Shown here: in pieces, positions 7,891-18,397 of the stretch | Layout of the letters: every line of letters starts with the position of its first letter | Position numbering within the stretch: position 1 is the stretch's first letter | Assembly (NCBI GenBank): GCA_040390125.1 | Contig: JAZJYZ010000001.1 | Coordinates: forward strand, 442,396 to 506,395 | From: Patescibacteria group bacterium | GTDB lineage: Bacteria > Patescibacteriota > Minisyncoccia > Phycocordibacterales > Phycocordibacteraceae | DNA: 64,000 nucleotides | Direction of reading: 5' to 3' | The notes under the pieces: generated by a model | Databases searched by the model: none | Told to the model about the DNA's origin: nothing | Seen by the model: the letters and a program-made list of their open reading frames with translations, nothing else | Position numbers and translations under genes: made by a program

Positions 7891-10581
7891 ATGGCAAAAG
7901 AAAAAGAAAAAAAAGACGTTCATGATACTGATGTAGGACTCGATAAGATAGTTATACGGGGTGCAAAGACACACAATTTGAAGAATGTGTCTTTAGAAAT
8001 ACCTCGAAACAAGCTTGTTGTATTTACCGGACTTTCTGGTTCAGGAAAATCCTCGCTTGCGTTTGATACCATTTTTGCGGAAGGGCAGAGAAGGTATGTG
8101 GAGTCACTGTCTGCGTACGCTCGGCAATTTTTAAATCAAATGGCAAAGCCTGACGTTGAAGAGATTACAGGCCTCTCCCCAGCTATCGCCATTGATCAGA
8201 AAAGTCGCTCGAACAATCCACGCTCCACAGTTGCTACCATTACTGAAATTTATGACTACATGCGTATTCTCTATGCCCGTGTAGGTCAGCCGTACTGTAC
8301 ACAAGACGACACTCCAATTCAGAAACTTTCAAAAGAGGAGATTATGAAAATAATTCTTCGCACCGTTGAGGTTGTAGATTTGAAAGCAACTGCAAAGCGG
8401 GCGATGGGAGTTGCATATAATGATTTGAAAATTCGTATTTTGGCGCCCGTTATTGTAGGTAGAAAAGGAGAGTACTACCAACTTCTTTACGATTTGCTCG
8501 GTAAAGGATATGAAAAAGTTATTGTAGATGGCAAAGAATATTCACTACGTGAAAGAATTGCTCTGGAGAAAAATAAAGTGCACGACATTGACGTTGTGGT
8601 GGATGAGATTTTTGTTACAGAGTTTGACCCCATTCTAAAGGGAAGGTCTTCCAAGGGGTCTGAAAAATCTAAAGTAAATGATGCCAGGGAGCGTTTATCG
8701 GAAGCTATCGAGATGGCTCTAAAAGAATCAAACGGGCTCATAAAGATAGAAAATCCTTTGAAGGAGGTGCGTATTCTTTCGGCAAAATTTATTTGTCCAT
8801 TGGACGGGTCCTCATTTCCTGAAGTTGAACCTCGACTTTTTTCCTTCAACAGCCCATACGGTGCTTGCCCAGAATGTCATGGTCTTGGAACTATAGGATT
8901 TTTCAATCTTGATGTGTGCCCAGTGTGTGAAGGTAAACGCCTCCGGCCAGAGGCGCTTCGAGTGTTTTTAGGAAGCGGGCAGAAGGCAGAAGGCAGTAAG
9001 CAGGAAAATACATTAGGTATGAATATCGTGGATCTTACTCGGCTTTCTATACTTGATGCGAAAGACTATATACAGAACCTAAAACTCACCAAAAAGCAGG
9101 AAGAAATTTCAAGCGCAATTCTAAAAGAAATTCTTGCACGACTACAGTTCATGATTGATGTGGGTATTGGGTATCTCACGCTCGACCGCACTGCAAATAC
9201 ACTCTCCGGCGGTGAAGCACAACGCATTCGGCTTGCGTCACAGCTTGGAAGTGGCCTCGTGGGTGCGTTGTATGTGCTTGATGAACCTACCATCGGACTT
9301 CATCAAAGAGACAACGACCGTTTAGTGAAAACACTGCTCCGACTTCGTGACTTAGGCAATAGCATCATTGTTGTTGAACATGATGAGGATACTATTTTCT
9401 CCTCAGACTTCCTTGTAGACATTGGTCCTGGGGCTGGGGTTCATGGTGGCGAGATAGTAGTTGCTGGCTGGCTCGACAAACTTCTCACCGCTAAGCGTAA
9501 TGATTCAGGCTCTCTTACGCTTTCGTATCTTCGAGGAGAAAAACAAATTCCAGTTCCTCTGCGACGTACGGAACAGAAAGGGGCCCTCAAGGTGAGGCAG
9601 GGAAATATTTTCAACATTAAAAATATGGATGTTGATGTGCCATTGGGCAAACTTATTTCTGTGACTGGAGTTTCTGGTTCCGGAAAGTCTTCATTCATGT
9701 ATGAGCTTTTGTATAAAAACCTTCGAGGCAAGCTGGAGCGAAATTACCGAACGAACAAACTTTATAACTGCACAAGTTTTTCAGGCTCTGAATATTTGAG
9801 TCGTGTAATTCTTATTGACCAGTCATCGATTGGGCGTACACCACGCTCTAACCCCGCTACGTACACTGGTGCGTTTTCACATATTCGAGACATGTTTGCT
9901 GCAACTCCGGAGGCACGTGCACGAGGATGGAAGGGTGGACGTTTCTCGTTTAACGTCAAGGGAGGCAGATGTGAGGCCTGCCAAGGAAATGGCACCATAG
10001 CGGTTGAAATGCATTTCTTGCCAACGGTGTATGTGACCTGTGACGTGTGTGATGGAAAGCGGTTTATGAAGGAGACTCTGGAAGTTGAGTATCGCAAGAA
10101 AAATATTCATCAGGTGCTCTCAATGACCGTGGAAGAGGGGCTAGAATTTTTCAACGATATACCCGCTATTCATGATCGCCTGCGCACACTCTCAGAGGTG
10201 GGCTTGGGTTATCTAAAGCTGGGGCAGTCAGCAACGACGCTTTCAGGTGGAGAGGCACAAAGAGTGAAAATATCCTCCGAGCTCTACAGAAGACATACTG
10301 AGAAAACCATTTATCTTTTAGATGAGCCAACCATCGGACTTCACTATGAAGATGTTAGAAAGTTGATAGAAATTTTGCAGACTCTGGTGAATAAGGGAAA
10401 CACGGTGATGGTCATCGAGCACAACATGGAGCTTATAAAGAGCTCTGATTACGTGATCGACATTGGTCCTGACGGGGGAGTTGATGGCGGAAAAATCGTT
10501 GCGAAAGGCACGCCTGAGGAGGTTGCCCGTACGAAAGGTTCGTATACTGGCGAATATTTGAAGCGAATTTTGAAAAATTGA
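7891..10581 (+). CDS. uvrA: Excinuclease ABC subunit A
   Basis: Two ABC domains ([26 protein letters not shown] x2), [15 protein letters not shown], zinc fingers. Confidence 0.98.
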   Translation: MAKEKEKKDVHDTDVGLDKIVIRGAKTHNLKNVSLEIPRNKLVVFTGLSGSGKSSLAFDTIFAEGQRRYVESLSAYARQFLNQMAKPDVEEITGLSPAIAIDQKSRSNNPRSTVATITEIYDYMRILYARVGQPYCTQDDTPIQKLSKEEIMKIILRTVEVVDLKATAKRAMGVAYNDLKIRILAPVIVGRKGEYYQLLYDLLGKGYEKVIVDGKEYSLRERIALEKNKVHDIDVVVDEIFVTEFDPILKGRSSKGSEKSKVNDARERLSEAIEMALKESNGLIKIENPLKEVRILSAKFICPLDGSSFPEVEPRLFSFNSPYGACPECHGLGTIGFFNLDVCPVCEGKRLRPEALRVFLGSGQKAEGSKQENTLGMNIVDLTRLSILDAKDYIQNLKLTKKQEEISSAILKEILARLQFMIDVGIGYLTLDRTANTLSGGEAQRIRLASQLGSGLVGALYVLDEPTIGLHQRDNDRLVKTLLRLRDLGNSIIVVEHDEDTIFSSDFLVDIGPGAGVHGGEIVVAGWLDKLLTAKRNDSGSLTLSYLRGEKQIPVPLRRTEQKGALKVRQGNIFNIKNMDVDVPLGKLISVTGVSGSGKSSFMYELLYKNLRGKLERNYRTNKLYNCTSFSGSEYLSRVILIDQSSIGRTPRSNPATYTGAFSHIRDMFAATPEARARGWKGGRFSFNVKGGRCEACQGNGTIAVEMHFLPTVYVTCDVCDGKRFMKETLEVEYRKKNIHQVLSMTVEEGLEFFNDIPAIHDRLRTLSEVGLGYLKLGQSATTLSGGEAQRVKISSELYRRHTEKTIYLLDEPTIGLHYEDVRKLIEILQTLVNKGNTVMVIEHNMELIKSSDYVIDIGPDGGVDGGKIVAKGTPEEVARTKGSYTGEYLKRILKN

Positions 10582-10614
10582 CAGATCAAAAACTCACCTG
10601 CATATTATTGCTAT

Positions 10615-10842
10615 ATGACTGAAAATAGTGGAGAGAGACACGACAAGCCAGTTTTTCCTGAAATGTGGAGTAGTAGAAGAGGGTATTACCTTCCTACTGC
10701 AGACGAAGTTACTGAAAAAATAAAAGCCACTTTTCAGCGTGGCGGTTCTAAAGGTAGCGATGCCCGTAAGCAGGCACGAAGTTTACTTCGTAGGTTTTTA
10801 GATGGAAGTCTTAGTGCTGAAGAGCTTTTCAAGTATTATTAA
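10615..10842 (+). CDS. Orphan 75-aa protein
   Basis: ORF fills the uvrA-uvrC gap; TTGACA at 10578 overlaps the uvrA stop. Confidence 0.55.
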   Translation: MTENSGERHDKPVFPEMWSSRRGYYLPTADEVTEKIKATFQRGGSKGSDARKQARSLLRRFLDGSLSAEELFKYY

Positions 10843-10851
10843 TGTGTTGCT

Positions 10852-12081
10852 GTGGAGAAGCAAAAGATAGATTTTTCAAAAATTCCTGATACTCCAGGTA
10901 TTTATGTCTTTCGGAAAGGAAAGAAGATTTTATATATAGGAAAGGCAACCTCGCTTCGAAGTAGAATCCGAAGTTACTTTGTTCAAAATATAGTTGAGAT
11001 TCGAAGTCCCTTGATTGCAAAGATTGTTGCAGATGCGGGCACGGTCACCTGGGAGGAAACCGATTCTGTATTGGAGGCATTCCTTCTTGAATCAAAAAGA
11101 ATTAAAGAACATCAGCCGCCAGGAAATACAGACGCAAAAGATAATAAGAGTTGGAATTACTTAGTGGTTACGAATGAGACATTTCCTCGTTTTCTTGTTG
11201 TGCGTGAGAGGGAGCTCACTTCTAAATTTTCGCCAGCTCTGATTAAACATCTATTTGGACCTTTCCCAAGTGGAGTAATGTTGAGGGGTGCTTTAAAAAT
11301 AATTCGAAGAATTTTTCCTTTCTTTGATACCAAGTTTTCTTTGGGTGGTGTTTTAAGTCCCGCAAATGCAAAGACACTCCGTTTCAATCAATCCATAGGG
11401 CTCTACCCACGAGAGCTCAATGAAGTCGAATACAAAAAAACAGTCCGGAATATTGTTCTTCTCTTTGAAGTGCAAAAATCAACTCTCTTAAAGACATTGG
11501 AGCGAGAGATGATGCGCTCTGCAAAAGCTGAGAATTTTGAAGAAGCCGATACCTTGAAGCGACAGGTTTTTGCACTAAGACACATTCAAGATATCAGTCT
11601 CGTAAAAGAAGAGCTTCGCACTCCCACAAGTTCTGAGTTTCGCATTGAAGCCTATGACACGGCACATATACGAGGTAGTGCTCCTCGAGGTGTTATGTCA
11701 GTCATAGTGGACGGAGAGGCTGTACCTGCCGAGTATAGAACGTTTACGATTCGAGACGCAAAAGCAGGCGATGACTATGCAGCGCTCACGGAAATAATCA
11801 CACGCAGGGCCAACCATCCTGAGTGGCCTTTCCCAAAGTTAGTGGTTATTGATGGAGGAAAGGTGCATTTAAACTTAGCCAAGAAGCTACTACTCAAGCT
11901 TGGAATTGATGCAGACGTGGTGTCGGTCGTAAAAGACGAACGGCACCGTCCACGGGAAATCCTGGGTGGTAGTGCCCTTGCAGTAACCCATGAATCCAGC
12001 ATTCTTCTGGCAAATAGCGAAGCGCATCGATTTGCCATTTCTCGTCACAGGCGAGCATTAAGGAAGTCTGGTTTGCAATGA
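10852..12081 (+). CDS. uvrC: UvrC-like excinuclease (GIY-YIG + UVR + RNase H-like; no C-terminal HhH)
   Basis: PGIYVF...YIGKATSLRSRIRSYF, RIEAYDTAH, DDYAAL, VIDGG, EAHRFAI; adjacent to uvrAB. Confidence 0.88.
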   Translation: MEKQKIDFSKIPDTPGIYVFRKGKKILYIGKATSLRSRIRSYFVQNIVEIRSPLIAKIVADAGTVTWEETDSVLEAFLLESKRIKEHQPPGNTDAKDNKSWNYLVVTNETFPRFLVVRERELTSKFSPALIKHLFGPFPSGVMLRGALKIIRRIFPFFDTKFSLGGVLSPANAKTLRFNQSIGLYPRELNEVEYKKTVRNIVLLFEVQKSTLLKTLEREMMRSAKAENFEEADTLKRQVFALRHIQDISLVKEELRTPTSSEFRIEAYDTAHIRGSAPRGVMSVIVDGEAVPAEYRTFTIRDAKAGDDYAALTEIITRRANHPEWPFPKLVVIDGGKVHLNLAKKLLLKLGIDADVVSVVKDERHRPREILGGSALAVTHESSILLANSEAHRFAISRHRRALRKSGLQ

Positions 12082-12129
12082 GTTCTAATTTTGAAACCTA
12101 TTTTCTGAAGATGGGGTACAATATTTAGC

Positions 12130-13095
12130 ATGAAAACCGTCGCAGTCTTACGTGGAGGTCCCAGCAATGAGCACGAGGTCTCTTTAAAATCAGGTGCGAA
12201 TGTTTTGAGTCATTTACAGAGAGAGCCGTACCGTGCAATAGACATTTTTGTAGACAAGAAAGGTGTATGGCATGTGCGTGGTGTCCCCATTGATCCTGAA
12301 CGGGCATTGAGTTCTGTGGATGTGGCATTTAACGTCATCCATGGGCACTACGGCGAAGATGGTACCTTACAGCGGATTTTAGATAGAATTGGCATCCCCT
12401 ATACCGGAGCTACTGCACTGTCTGCAGGACTTTCAATGAACAAGGTTCTCACGAAGGAAATGCTGGCTTCTTCTGGAATCAAAATGGCTCACCATGCAGT
12501 TTTGAGCGTGTCACCAACTCTTGATAAAGACATACTCGAATTGTTTCGAAAATTTCCTCAACCTTCCGTTATAAAGCCAAACGCTTCTGGATCGTCTGTA
12601 GGTGTCACTATTGCTCGGAATTTTGATGAATTTGCAGAAGGTATCAAAAAAGCGTTTGCACATTCTTCGCAAGTGCTGATTGAAGAATACATACAGGGGA
12701 AAGAAGCGACGGTAGGTATTGTGGAGGGTCTGCGGGGTGAGAAACATTATGACCTTCTTCCTGTTGAAATAGTGCCCCCGCCGAATGCAAACTTTTTTGA
12801 CTATGAATTCAAATATAACGGACAAACTACGGAGCGTGTGCCTGGGAACTTTACGCACGAAGAAACTAAAGAGCTCCAGCGATTGGCTGCTCTTGCACAT
12901 GAAAAGATAGGACTTCGACACTATTCTCGCTCTGACTTTATTGTGTCCCCTCGAGGCATCTATTTTCTTGAAGTGAACAGTGCCGCTGGTGTTGGTCTGA
13001 CAGAACAATCACTCCTGCCGAAAGCCCTTGCTGCAGTAGGTATTTCGATGGACGAATTTGTAGATCACGTCATTGCATCTGCCCTTAAGAAATAG
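12130..13095 (+). CDS. ddl: D-alanine--D-alanine ligase
   Basis: GGPSNEHEVSL, HGHYGEDG, GSSVGV, FFDYEFKY, RSDF, LEVN. Confidence 0.95.
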   Translation: MKTVAVLRGGPSNEHEVSLKSGANVLSHLQREPYRAIDIFVDKKGVWHVRGVPIDPERALSSVDVAFNVIHGHYGEDGTLQRILDRIGIPYTGATALSAGLSMNKVLTKEMLASSGIKMAHHAVLSVSPTLDKDILELFRKFPQPSVIKPNASGSSVGVTIARNFDEFAEGIKKAFAHSSQVLIEEYIQGKEATVGIVEGLRGEKHYDLLPVEIVPPPNANFFDYEFKYNGQTTERVPGNFTHEETKELQRLAALAHEKIGLRHYSRSDFIVSPRGIYFLEVNSAAGVGLTEQSLLPKALAAVGISMDEFVDHVIASALKK

Positions 13096-13098
13096 TCT

Positions 13099-13437
13099 AT
13101 GAATATTCATCTGACTGATAAGAAGTGTGTTGCTTGTGAGGGTGGGGTGCCAGCACTGAGTAGTGAACAGTGTACAGAGTACAGTGAACAGGTTCCGGAA
13201 TGGAGCATAGCTGAAGATGAAAAATCAATTTCACGAAAATTTACATTCAAAGATTTTAAGGAGGCCCTGGCTTTCGTGGATAAGGTTGGCGTTATTGCTG
13301 AGGATGAAGGACATCACCCTGACATGAATCTTTTTGGGTATAAGAATGTACTGATTACGCTATCGACCCACGCTATAGGAGGTCTCTCTGAAAACGATTT
13401 TATTGTCGCTGCAAAAATTGATTTACTGCAAAAGTAA
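13099..13437 (+). CDS. Pterin-4-alpha-carbinolamine dehydratase family protein
   Basis: CVACEGG, FKDFKEALAFV, HHPD, THAIGGLSENDFIVAAKID. Confidence 0.92.
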   Translation: MNIHLTDKKCVACEGGVPALSSEQCTEYSEQVPEWSIAEDEKSISRKFTFKDFKEALAFVDKVGVIAEDEGHHPDMNLFGYKNVLITLSTHAIGGLSENDFIVAAKIDLLQK

Positions 13438-13503
13438 ATGACAGATATATGCGGGACTCTAGCTTAGTATTTCGAAGTCCTTTCTCTATGGAATGTGCTC
13501 AGC

Positions 13504-14007
13504 TCATTGCCACACTTTCCTAAGTTCGGCGTCAAGCAGATTATTATCTAAGTCGTTCTTTACCACTAAACAGTCTTCGCCTTCGGGTTCCTCCCAATGC
13601 CGAGGTATCCACGCAGCTAGCAAACCTATATCAAAATGATGATTTGTGCGAGTGCTAAGGCGGTCTTTGATAACTTCTAGTGGAGCTTTGACATGAATCA
13701 GTCGCACTGCACCGCCAAAACTACGTACCAATGCACGGGATTTTCTGTCGGGTAAGGGATGAGTAACAAGAGCATGAGAAACCCCACTTGTTTGGAGTTT
13801 AACAATGATCCGTTTTAATTGCTGATGTCGATGCGCAAGAGTAAATCTACTTTCTGCTATTGCCCGACGATCATCCTCGGTATGGAAATCATCTCCCTCA
13901 TAGCTTGGGATACCAGTCATCTCTGAGATTCGTTTTGCAATATAAGTTTTTCCAGAACCAGGAATACCAAAGAACCAGTCCACTTTCATTTGTTCAACTC
14001 CATTCAT
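13504..14007 (-). CDS. Gluconokinase/shikimate-kinase-like P-loop kinase
   Basis: GIPGSGKT Walker A, EGDDFH, RLSTRTNHH resemble GntK. Confidence 0.7.
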   Translation of the reverse strand: MNGVEQMKVDWFFGIPGSGKTYIAKRISEMTGIPSYEGDDFHTEDDRRAIAESRFTLAHRHQQLKRIIVKLQTSGVSHALVTHPLPDRKSRALVRSFGGAVRLIHVKAPLEVIKDRLSTRTNHHFDIGLLAAWIPRHWEEPEGEDCLVVKNDLDNNLLDAELRKVWQ

Positions 14008-14043
14008 ACGCCCTGCACGTTTATGTTTCCGCCTTTACTGTTG

Positions 14044-14116
14044 TGGACCGTGCCGGTTTCGAACCGGCTACCTCCGCATTGCAAATGCGGCGCTCTACCA
14101 ATTGAGCTAACGGCCC
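14044..14116 (-). tRNA. tRNA-Ala(TGC), CCA not encoded
   Basis: Cloverleaf GGGCCGT...CCGCA-TTTGCAA-TGCGG...GTTCGAAA...ACGGTCC-A, G3:U70. Confidence 0.95.
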
Positions 14117-14273
14117 TACTTTTGAAAAGAAGAGTTTTATGACCCCTCAATGAAGAAGAGAATACCACGAGTGTCGAATCTGTGCACCTGTTAGGTGGCT
14201 GGATATGTAGACTTAATCCAATATTTCAACATACGGACCTCTATTGTTATACTACGAATATAAGTATATTTAA

Positions 14274-15185
14274 ATGAAAAAAACACCTCAAACTATAGCT
14301 GTGAAAGGAACCTTCAAACTCAAGTCGGGATTAGCTGACATGCTGAAAGGAGGCGTCATTATGGACGTGGTAAATGCAGAGCATGCAAAGATTGCAGAAG
14401 ATGCAGGGGCAGTTGCAGTAATGGCCCTTGAGCGAGTGCCATCGGATATTCGTGCAATGGGCGGTGTGGCTCGCATGTCTGATCCAAAAATGATTAAAGG
14501 AATACAGTCTGCCGTTACTATTCCCGTCATGGCAAAGTGCAGGATAGGGCATTTTGTGGAGGCGCAGGTACTTGAAGCTTTGAGTGTTGATTTTATAGAT
14601 GAAAGCGAAGTGCTCACTCCTGCGGACGAGCAATATCACATTTCAAAGGAAAATTTCACTACGCCGTTTGTGTGCGGTGCTCGTGATTTAGGAGAAGCTC
14701 TCCGTAGGATTTCAGAAGGTGCTGCAATGATACGAACAAAGGGCGAGGCAGGAAGTGGAAACATTGTGGAGGCAGTACGGCACATTCGTACGATGCAGAG
14801 CGGTATTGCTGAACTCGTCGAACTGCTCAAGAAAAAGAATACAAAAAAACTACGAGCACTTGCACAAGAATATAGAGTTTCATATGAGTTGGTATTGAAA
14901 GTAGCTCGGCTTGGACGATTGCCTGTAGTTAATTTTGCAGCAGGAGGTATTGCAACTCCTGCGGACGCAGCACTTTGTATGCAACTCGGTGTTGACGGTG
15001 TGTTTGTGGGTTCCGGTATCTTCAAGAGTTCCAATCCAAAAAAGACAGCACGGGCAATTGTTGATGCAGTTGCACACTTCAATGATGCAAAAATTATAGC
15101 CACAGCGAGTGAAAATGTAGGGGAGGCTATGAAGGGTGAGGAAATTTCTACACTAAAAACACGCTTAGCAAGTCGAGGCATTTGA
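14274..15185 (+). CDS. pdxS: Pyridoxal 5'-phosphate synthase lyase subunit
   Basis: [51 protein letters not shown]. Confidence 0.97.
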   Translation: MKKTPQTIAVKGTFKLKSGLADMLKGGVIMDVVNAEHAKIAEDAGAVAVMALERVPSDIRAMGGVARMSDPKMIKGIQSAVTIPVMAKCRIGHFVEAQVLEALSVDFIDESEVLTPADEQYHISKENFTTPFVCGARDLGEALRRISEGAAMIRTKGEAGSGNIVEAVRHIRTMQSGIAELVELLKKKNTKKLRALAQEYRVSYELVLKVARLGRLPVVNFAAGGIATPADAALCMQLGVDGVFVGSGIFKSSNPKKTARAIVDAVAHFNDAKIIATASENVGEAMKGEEISTLKTRLASRGI

Positions 15186-15192
15186 TTTTCAC

Positions 15193-15792
15193 ATGCAGTC
15201 TCTTACGGTAGGTGTTCTTGCGCTTCAGGGCGATGTTAGTGAGCATGTGCAGGCAACTAATAAGGCAAGTCAGGGTCTAAAAATTTCAGTTATCGTCATA
15301 CCTGTTCGAACGCTGAACGATTTAAAAAATCTTGATGCGCTTATTATCCCAGGCGGTGAAAGTACCACCATGCAGAAGCTTTGCGAGAGAGAGGGAATGT
15401 TTGAGGCGATGAAAAAAGTGAAAAATATTTTTGGCACGTGTGCGGGGGCAATTCTTTTGGGAAAAGAAGTTTTGCATAAAACATCAGACCAAAAAACGTT
15501 GGAACTCATGGATATTGAAGTCGACAGAAACGCCTATGGCAGGCAGAACGAATCTTTTGAAAAAGTTATTGACACAGAATTTGGAACAATGAACGCTGTT
15601 TTTATACGTGCTCCAAAAATACAAAAAATTGGAAAGAAATTGAAAATACTTGCTAGAAATGGAACTGAAATAGTCGCTTGTGAGGAAAGGGTAGGGAATA
15701 GGTATTACTTAGCGACATGTTTTCATCCGGAATATACCTCAATCTCTTTTCATAAGCATTTTTTACGGCAAGCTCTATTGCATTTGTCTTAA
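15193..15792 (+). CDS. pdxT: Pyridoxal 5'-phosphate synthase glutaminase subunit
   Basis: GVLALQG, PGGESTT, GTCAG, RNAYGRQ, VFIRAP, FHPE. Confidence 0.96.
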   Translation: MQSLTVGVLALQGDVSEHVQATNKASQGLKISVIVIPVRTLNDLKNLDALIIPGGESTTMQKLCEREGMFEAMKKVKNIFGTCAGAILLGKEVLHKTSDQKTLELMDIEVDRNAYGRQNESFEKVIDTEFGTMNAVFIRAPKIQKIGKKLKILARNGTEIVACEERVGNRYYLATCFHPEYTSISFHKHFLRQALLHLS

Positions 15793-15861
15793 ATAAGTGT
15801 TGATATCACAACACAAAATTTTATTGCGACCAAATCTCTTCGGTGATACCGTTTTGAGAGT

Positions 15862-17319
15862 ATGGCTGAAAAAATGCTAGAGCGAAAACGCTTAGAGCCT
15901 GGCAGAGCACTAGCGAGCTCGGAGGCTGTCTGGGAAAGTAGAAACTTAAGACTTCTAGAGGAATATATTTTAATTCCCAATAAATCTCCGCACTTCGATC
16001 CTGATTGGAAACAGAGTGGGCACATGGATCGTGCGGTAGATCTCTATGTAAATTGGGCAACTGATCGACAAAAAACAATTCCTGGTCTTTCCGTCGAACT
16101 ATTGGAAATTCCAGGCAAGACCCCACTCATTTATCTTGAAATTCCAGGAACTCTTCCTAAGGGGGAAGGAACGGAGAAAAATATTCTTCTTTATGGGCAC
16201 CTCGATAAGCAACCCGAGTTTACAGGTTGGAAGGAAGGTCTTGATCCTTGGAAGCCTGTTCGTCGAGGAAACCGTTTGTATGGACGGGGCGGGGCAGATG
16301 ATGGTTATGCGATGCCCGCAGCACTTACTGCATATGAGTTGTTGGCAGAACAGGGTATTCCGTATGCTAATGCACGCATAATTATTGAAGCAAGCGAAGA
16401 GAGTGGAAGTCCCGATTTACCGGACTACTTAAAAATGCTTGCGCCACGAATTGGTACACCAGACATGGTGATTTGTCTTGATTCAGGAGCAGGAGACTAC
16501 AAGCGTCTTTGGAACACAACTTCACTTCGAGGGCTTGTTGCAGGCACTCTTGAAGTTAAAATTCTTGAGAATGGAGTTCATTCAGGATACGGAAGTGGCA
16601 TTGCAGCGGATCCTCATCGTATAGCGGGGAACCTACTCTCACGAATTCAAAACCCAGAAACTGGCGAAGTGACTTTACCAGCACTTCACTCCGACATACC
16701 CCCAGAGCGAATTAAAGAAGCGAAGCAAACGGCAGAATTACTTGGAGATGAGATTGCTGCCAGTCTTCCATTTGTGGAGGGTGCAAGACCTATGAATGAA
16801 GATCCAACAGAGCTGTTATTAAACAGAACTTGGAGGCCGGCAATTACAGTCATAGGTGCAGATGGGCTTCCATCCGTCGAGACGGCTGGAAATACTCTTG
16901 CACCTGGAGTTGACTGGAGACTTTCAACTCGTATTCCAGCAGGAGTTGATGCAAAGGAAGCTTCCCTCGCCATGAAAGAAGCTCTTGAAAAAGATCCACC
17001 GAACGGAGCGCATGTAAAATTTAATGCAAGCGGTTCAGAGGGCTGGAATGCCCCTAAATCGGAGCCGTGGCTTGAGGAAAGTTTAAATACTGCGTCACAG
17101 AATTATTTTGGTAATCCATCTGCTGGAGAAGGTCAGGGCGGTTCAATTCCTTTCATGAAAATGCTCGGAGATCAGTTTCCCCAGGCTCAGTTTTTGGTTA
17201 CTGGAGTACTTGGACCTGAGTCGAACGCTCATGGTCCAAACGAATTCCTTGAGATTGATTTTGTTAAGAAACTTAATGCCGCCGTTGCACAAGTGATTTC
17301 CGATCACGCAGCTTCGTAA
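15862..17319 (+). CDS. M20-family metallo-dipeptidase
   Basis: YGHLDKQP, LYGRGGADD, EESGS, HSG, GGSIP, AHGPNE. Confidence 0.9.
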   Translation: MAEKMLERKRLEPGRALASSEAVWESRNLRLLEEYILIPNKSPHFDPDWKQSGHMDRAVDLYVNWATDRQKTIPGLSVELLEIPGKTPLIYLEIPGTLPKGEGTEKNILLYGHLDKQPEFTGWKEGLDPWKPVRRGNRLYGRGGADDGYAMPAALTAYELLAEQGIPYANARIIIEASEESGSPDLPDYLKMLAPRIGTPDMVICLDSGAGDYKRLWNTTSLRGLVAGTLEVKILENGVHSGYGSGIAADPHRIAGNLLSRIQNPETGEVTLPALHSDIPPERIKEAKQTAELLGDEIAASLPFVEGARPMNEDPTELLLNRTWRPAITVIGADGLPSVETAGNTLAPGVDWRLSTRIPAGVDAKEASLAMKEALEKDPPNGAHVKFNASGSEGWNAPKSEPWLEESLNTASQNYFGNPSAGEGQGGSIPFMKMLGDQFPQAQFLVTGVLGPESNAHGPNEFLEIDFVKKLNAAVAQVISDHAAS

Positions 17320-17325
17320 AGAATT

Positions 17326-18378
17326 TTATTTCCCCTGTCCGTAATATTTTTTCAGAAGAGCAACGTGTTCTTCGTAGGTAACTGAACAGTGAAAATCTCC
17401 ATGCTTGTCATGGAAGTAGAAGAAGCACTCTGTTTTCTTAGGATTGAGTGCAGCAATAACTGCTGCGACAGAAGGATTGGAGATGGGGGCTGGTGGAAGA
17501 CCTGGGTTTAAGTAGGTGTTGTAGTGTGATTTGATGTATTTATCCTTCGGCACTACTTTTGGCCACCATACATCGTTCTTGCCTTTGCTTGCAGAACCCT
17601 TTGCGTACTGCAGTGTCGAATCAATCTGTAGGTTCATGCCGTCCCAGATTCTGTTCCAAATGATGCCGGATATTATACGCATCTCATCCGGGTCGCTTGT
17701 TTCGCGCTCCAGTAGCGATGCAATAGTTAAAGCTTCATCTAAAGGCACTGTAGCTTCAGTTGAAGTGCCGTAGCGTGCGAGCACGGTGTCATAAAATCTT
17801 TCATAGAGAGCAGTCTCTATTGCCGGAAGATCCTTTCCGTCATTAACCACGTATGTTCCTGGTGCAAATGTACCTTCTTTCAGGGCTGGTGTTGTTTCGT
17901 TCATGTGCTTGAGGAATTTCGCTCGGTCTTCTTTACTCCACCCTAATGTTTTTGCAAAAGCCTGCGCTACCTCTTCTTGTCTGTAGCCAGGGTAAATAGT
18001 AACGAAACGCATACCCGCTGCACCCACTAGCCCATAACCAGGTACCGATGCAATTATGCTCGCAATCTGACCGAACAGCCCCTTTGCTTTGAGGGAAGCG
18101 GCTGATATGGACGGGTTTTCGTTTACGAATAGAGCATCAACTTCTGGGCTCTCGGTTATAGATTTTTCTTGTGGGTTAACGCTAACAGGAAAGGGTTTGA
18201 CTGCAGGCATTGATGCTTCTTGTTGAATTTGGAAAGAGAAAAATGGAGGAAAGGAAAGTACCGCAATGCCGATAGTCACCGCTATCGCTACACCCCACCA
18301 CAAGGGCTTTTTGCTTAGTATTTTTCTCCTCCTCCGAACACTTCGCAGTAAGGGTTTTGAAGATGAAAAACCTGCCAT
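17326..18378 (-). CDS. mltG: Endolytic transglycosylase MltG-like, paralog 1
   Basis: ASLLERET, MNLQIDSTLQY, YNTYLNPGLPPAPISNP; start uncertain (ORF extends to 18420). Confidence 0.85.
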   Translation of the reverse strand: MAGFSSSKPLLRSVRRRRKILSKKPLWWGVAIAVTIGIAVLSFPPFFSFQIQQEASMPAVKPFPVSVNPQEKSITESPEVDALFVNENPSISAASLKAKGLFGQIASIIASVPGYGLVGAAGMRFVTIYPGYRQEEVAQAFAKTLGWSKEDRAKFLKHMNETTPALKEGTFAPGTYVVNDGKDLPAIETALYERFYDTVLARYGTSTEATVPLDEALTIASLLERETSDPDEMRIISGIIWNRIWDGMNLQIDSTLQYAKGSASKGKNDVWWPKVVPKDKYIKSHYNTYLNPGLPPAPISNPSVAAVIAALNPKKTECFFYFHDKHGDFHCSVTYEEHVALLKKYYGQGK

Positions 18379-18397
18379 ACAAAGAAGAGTATATCGT

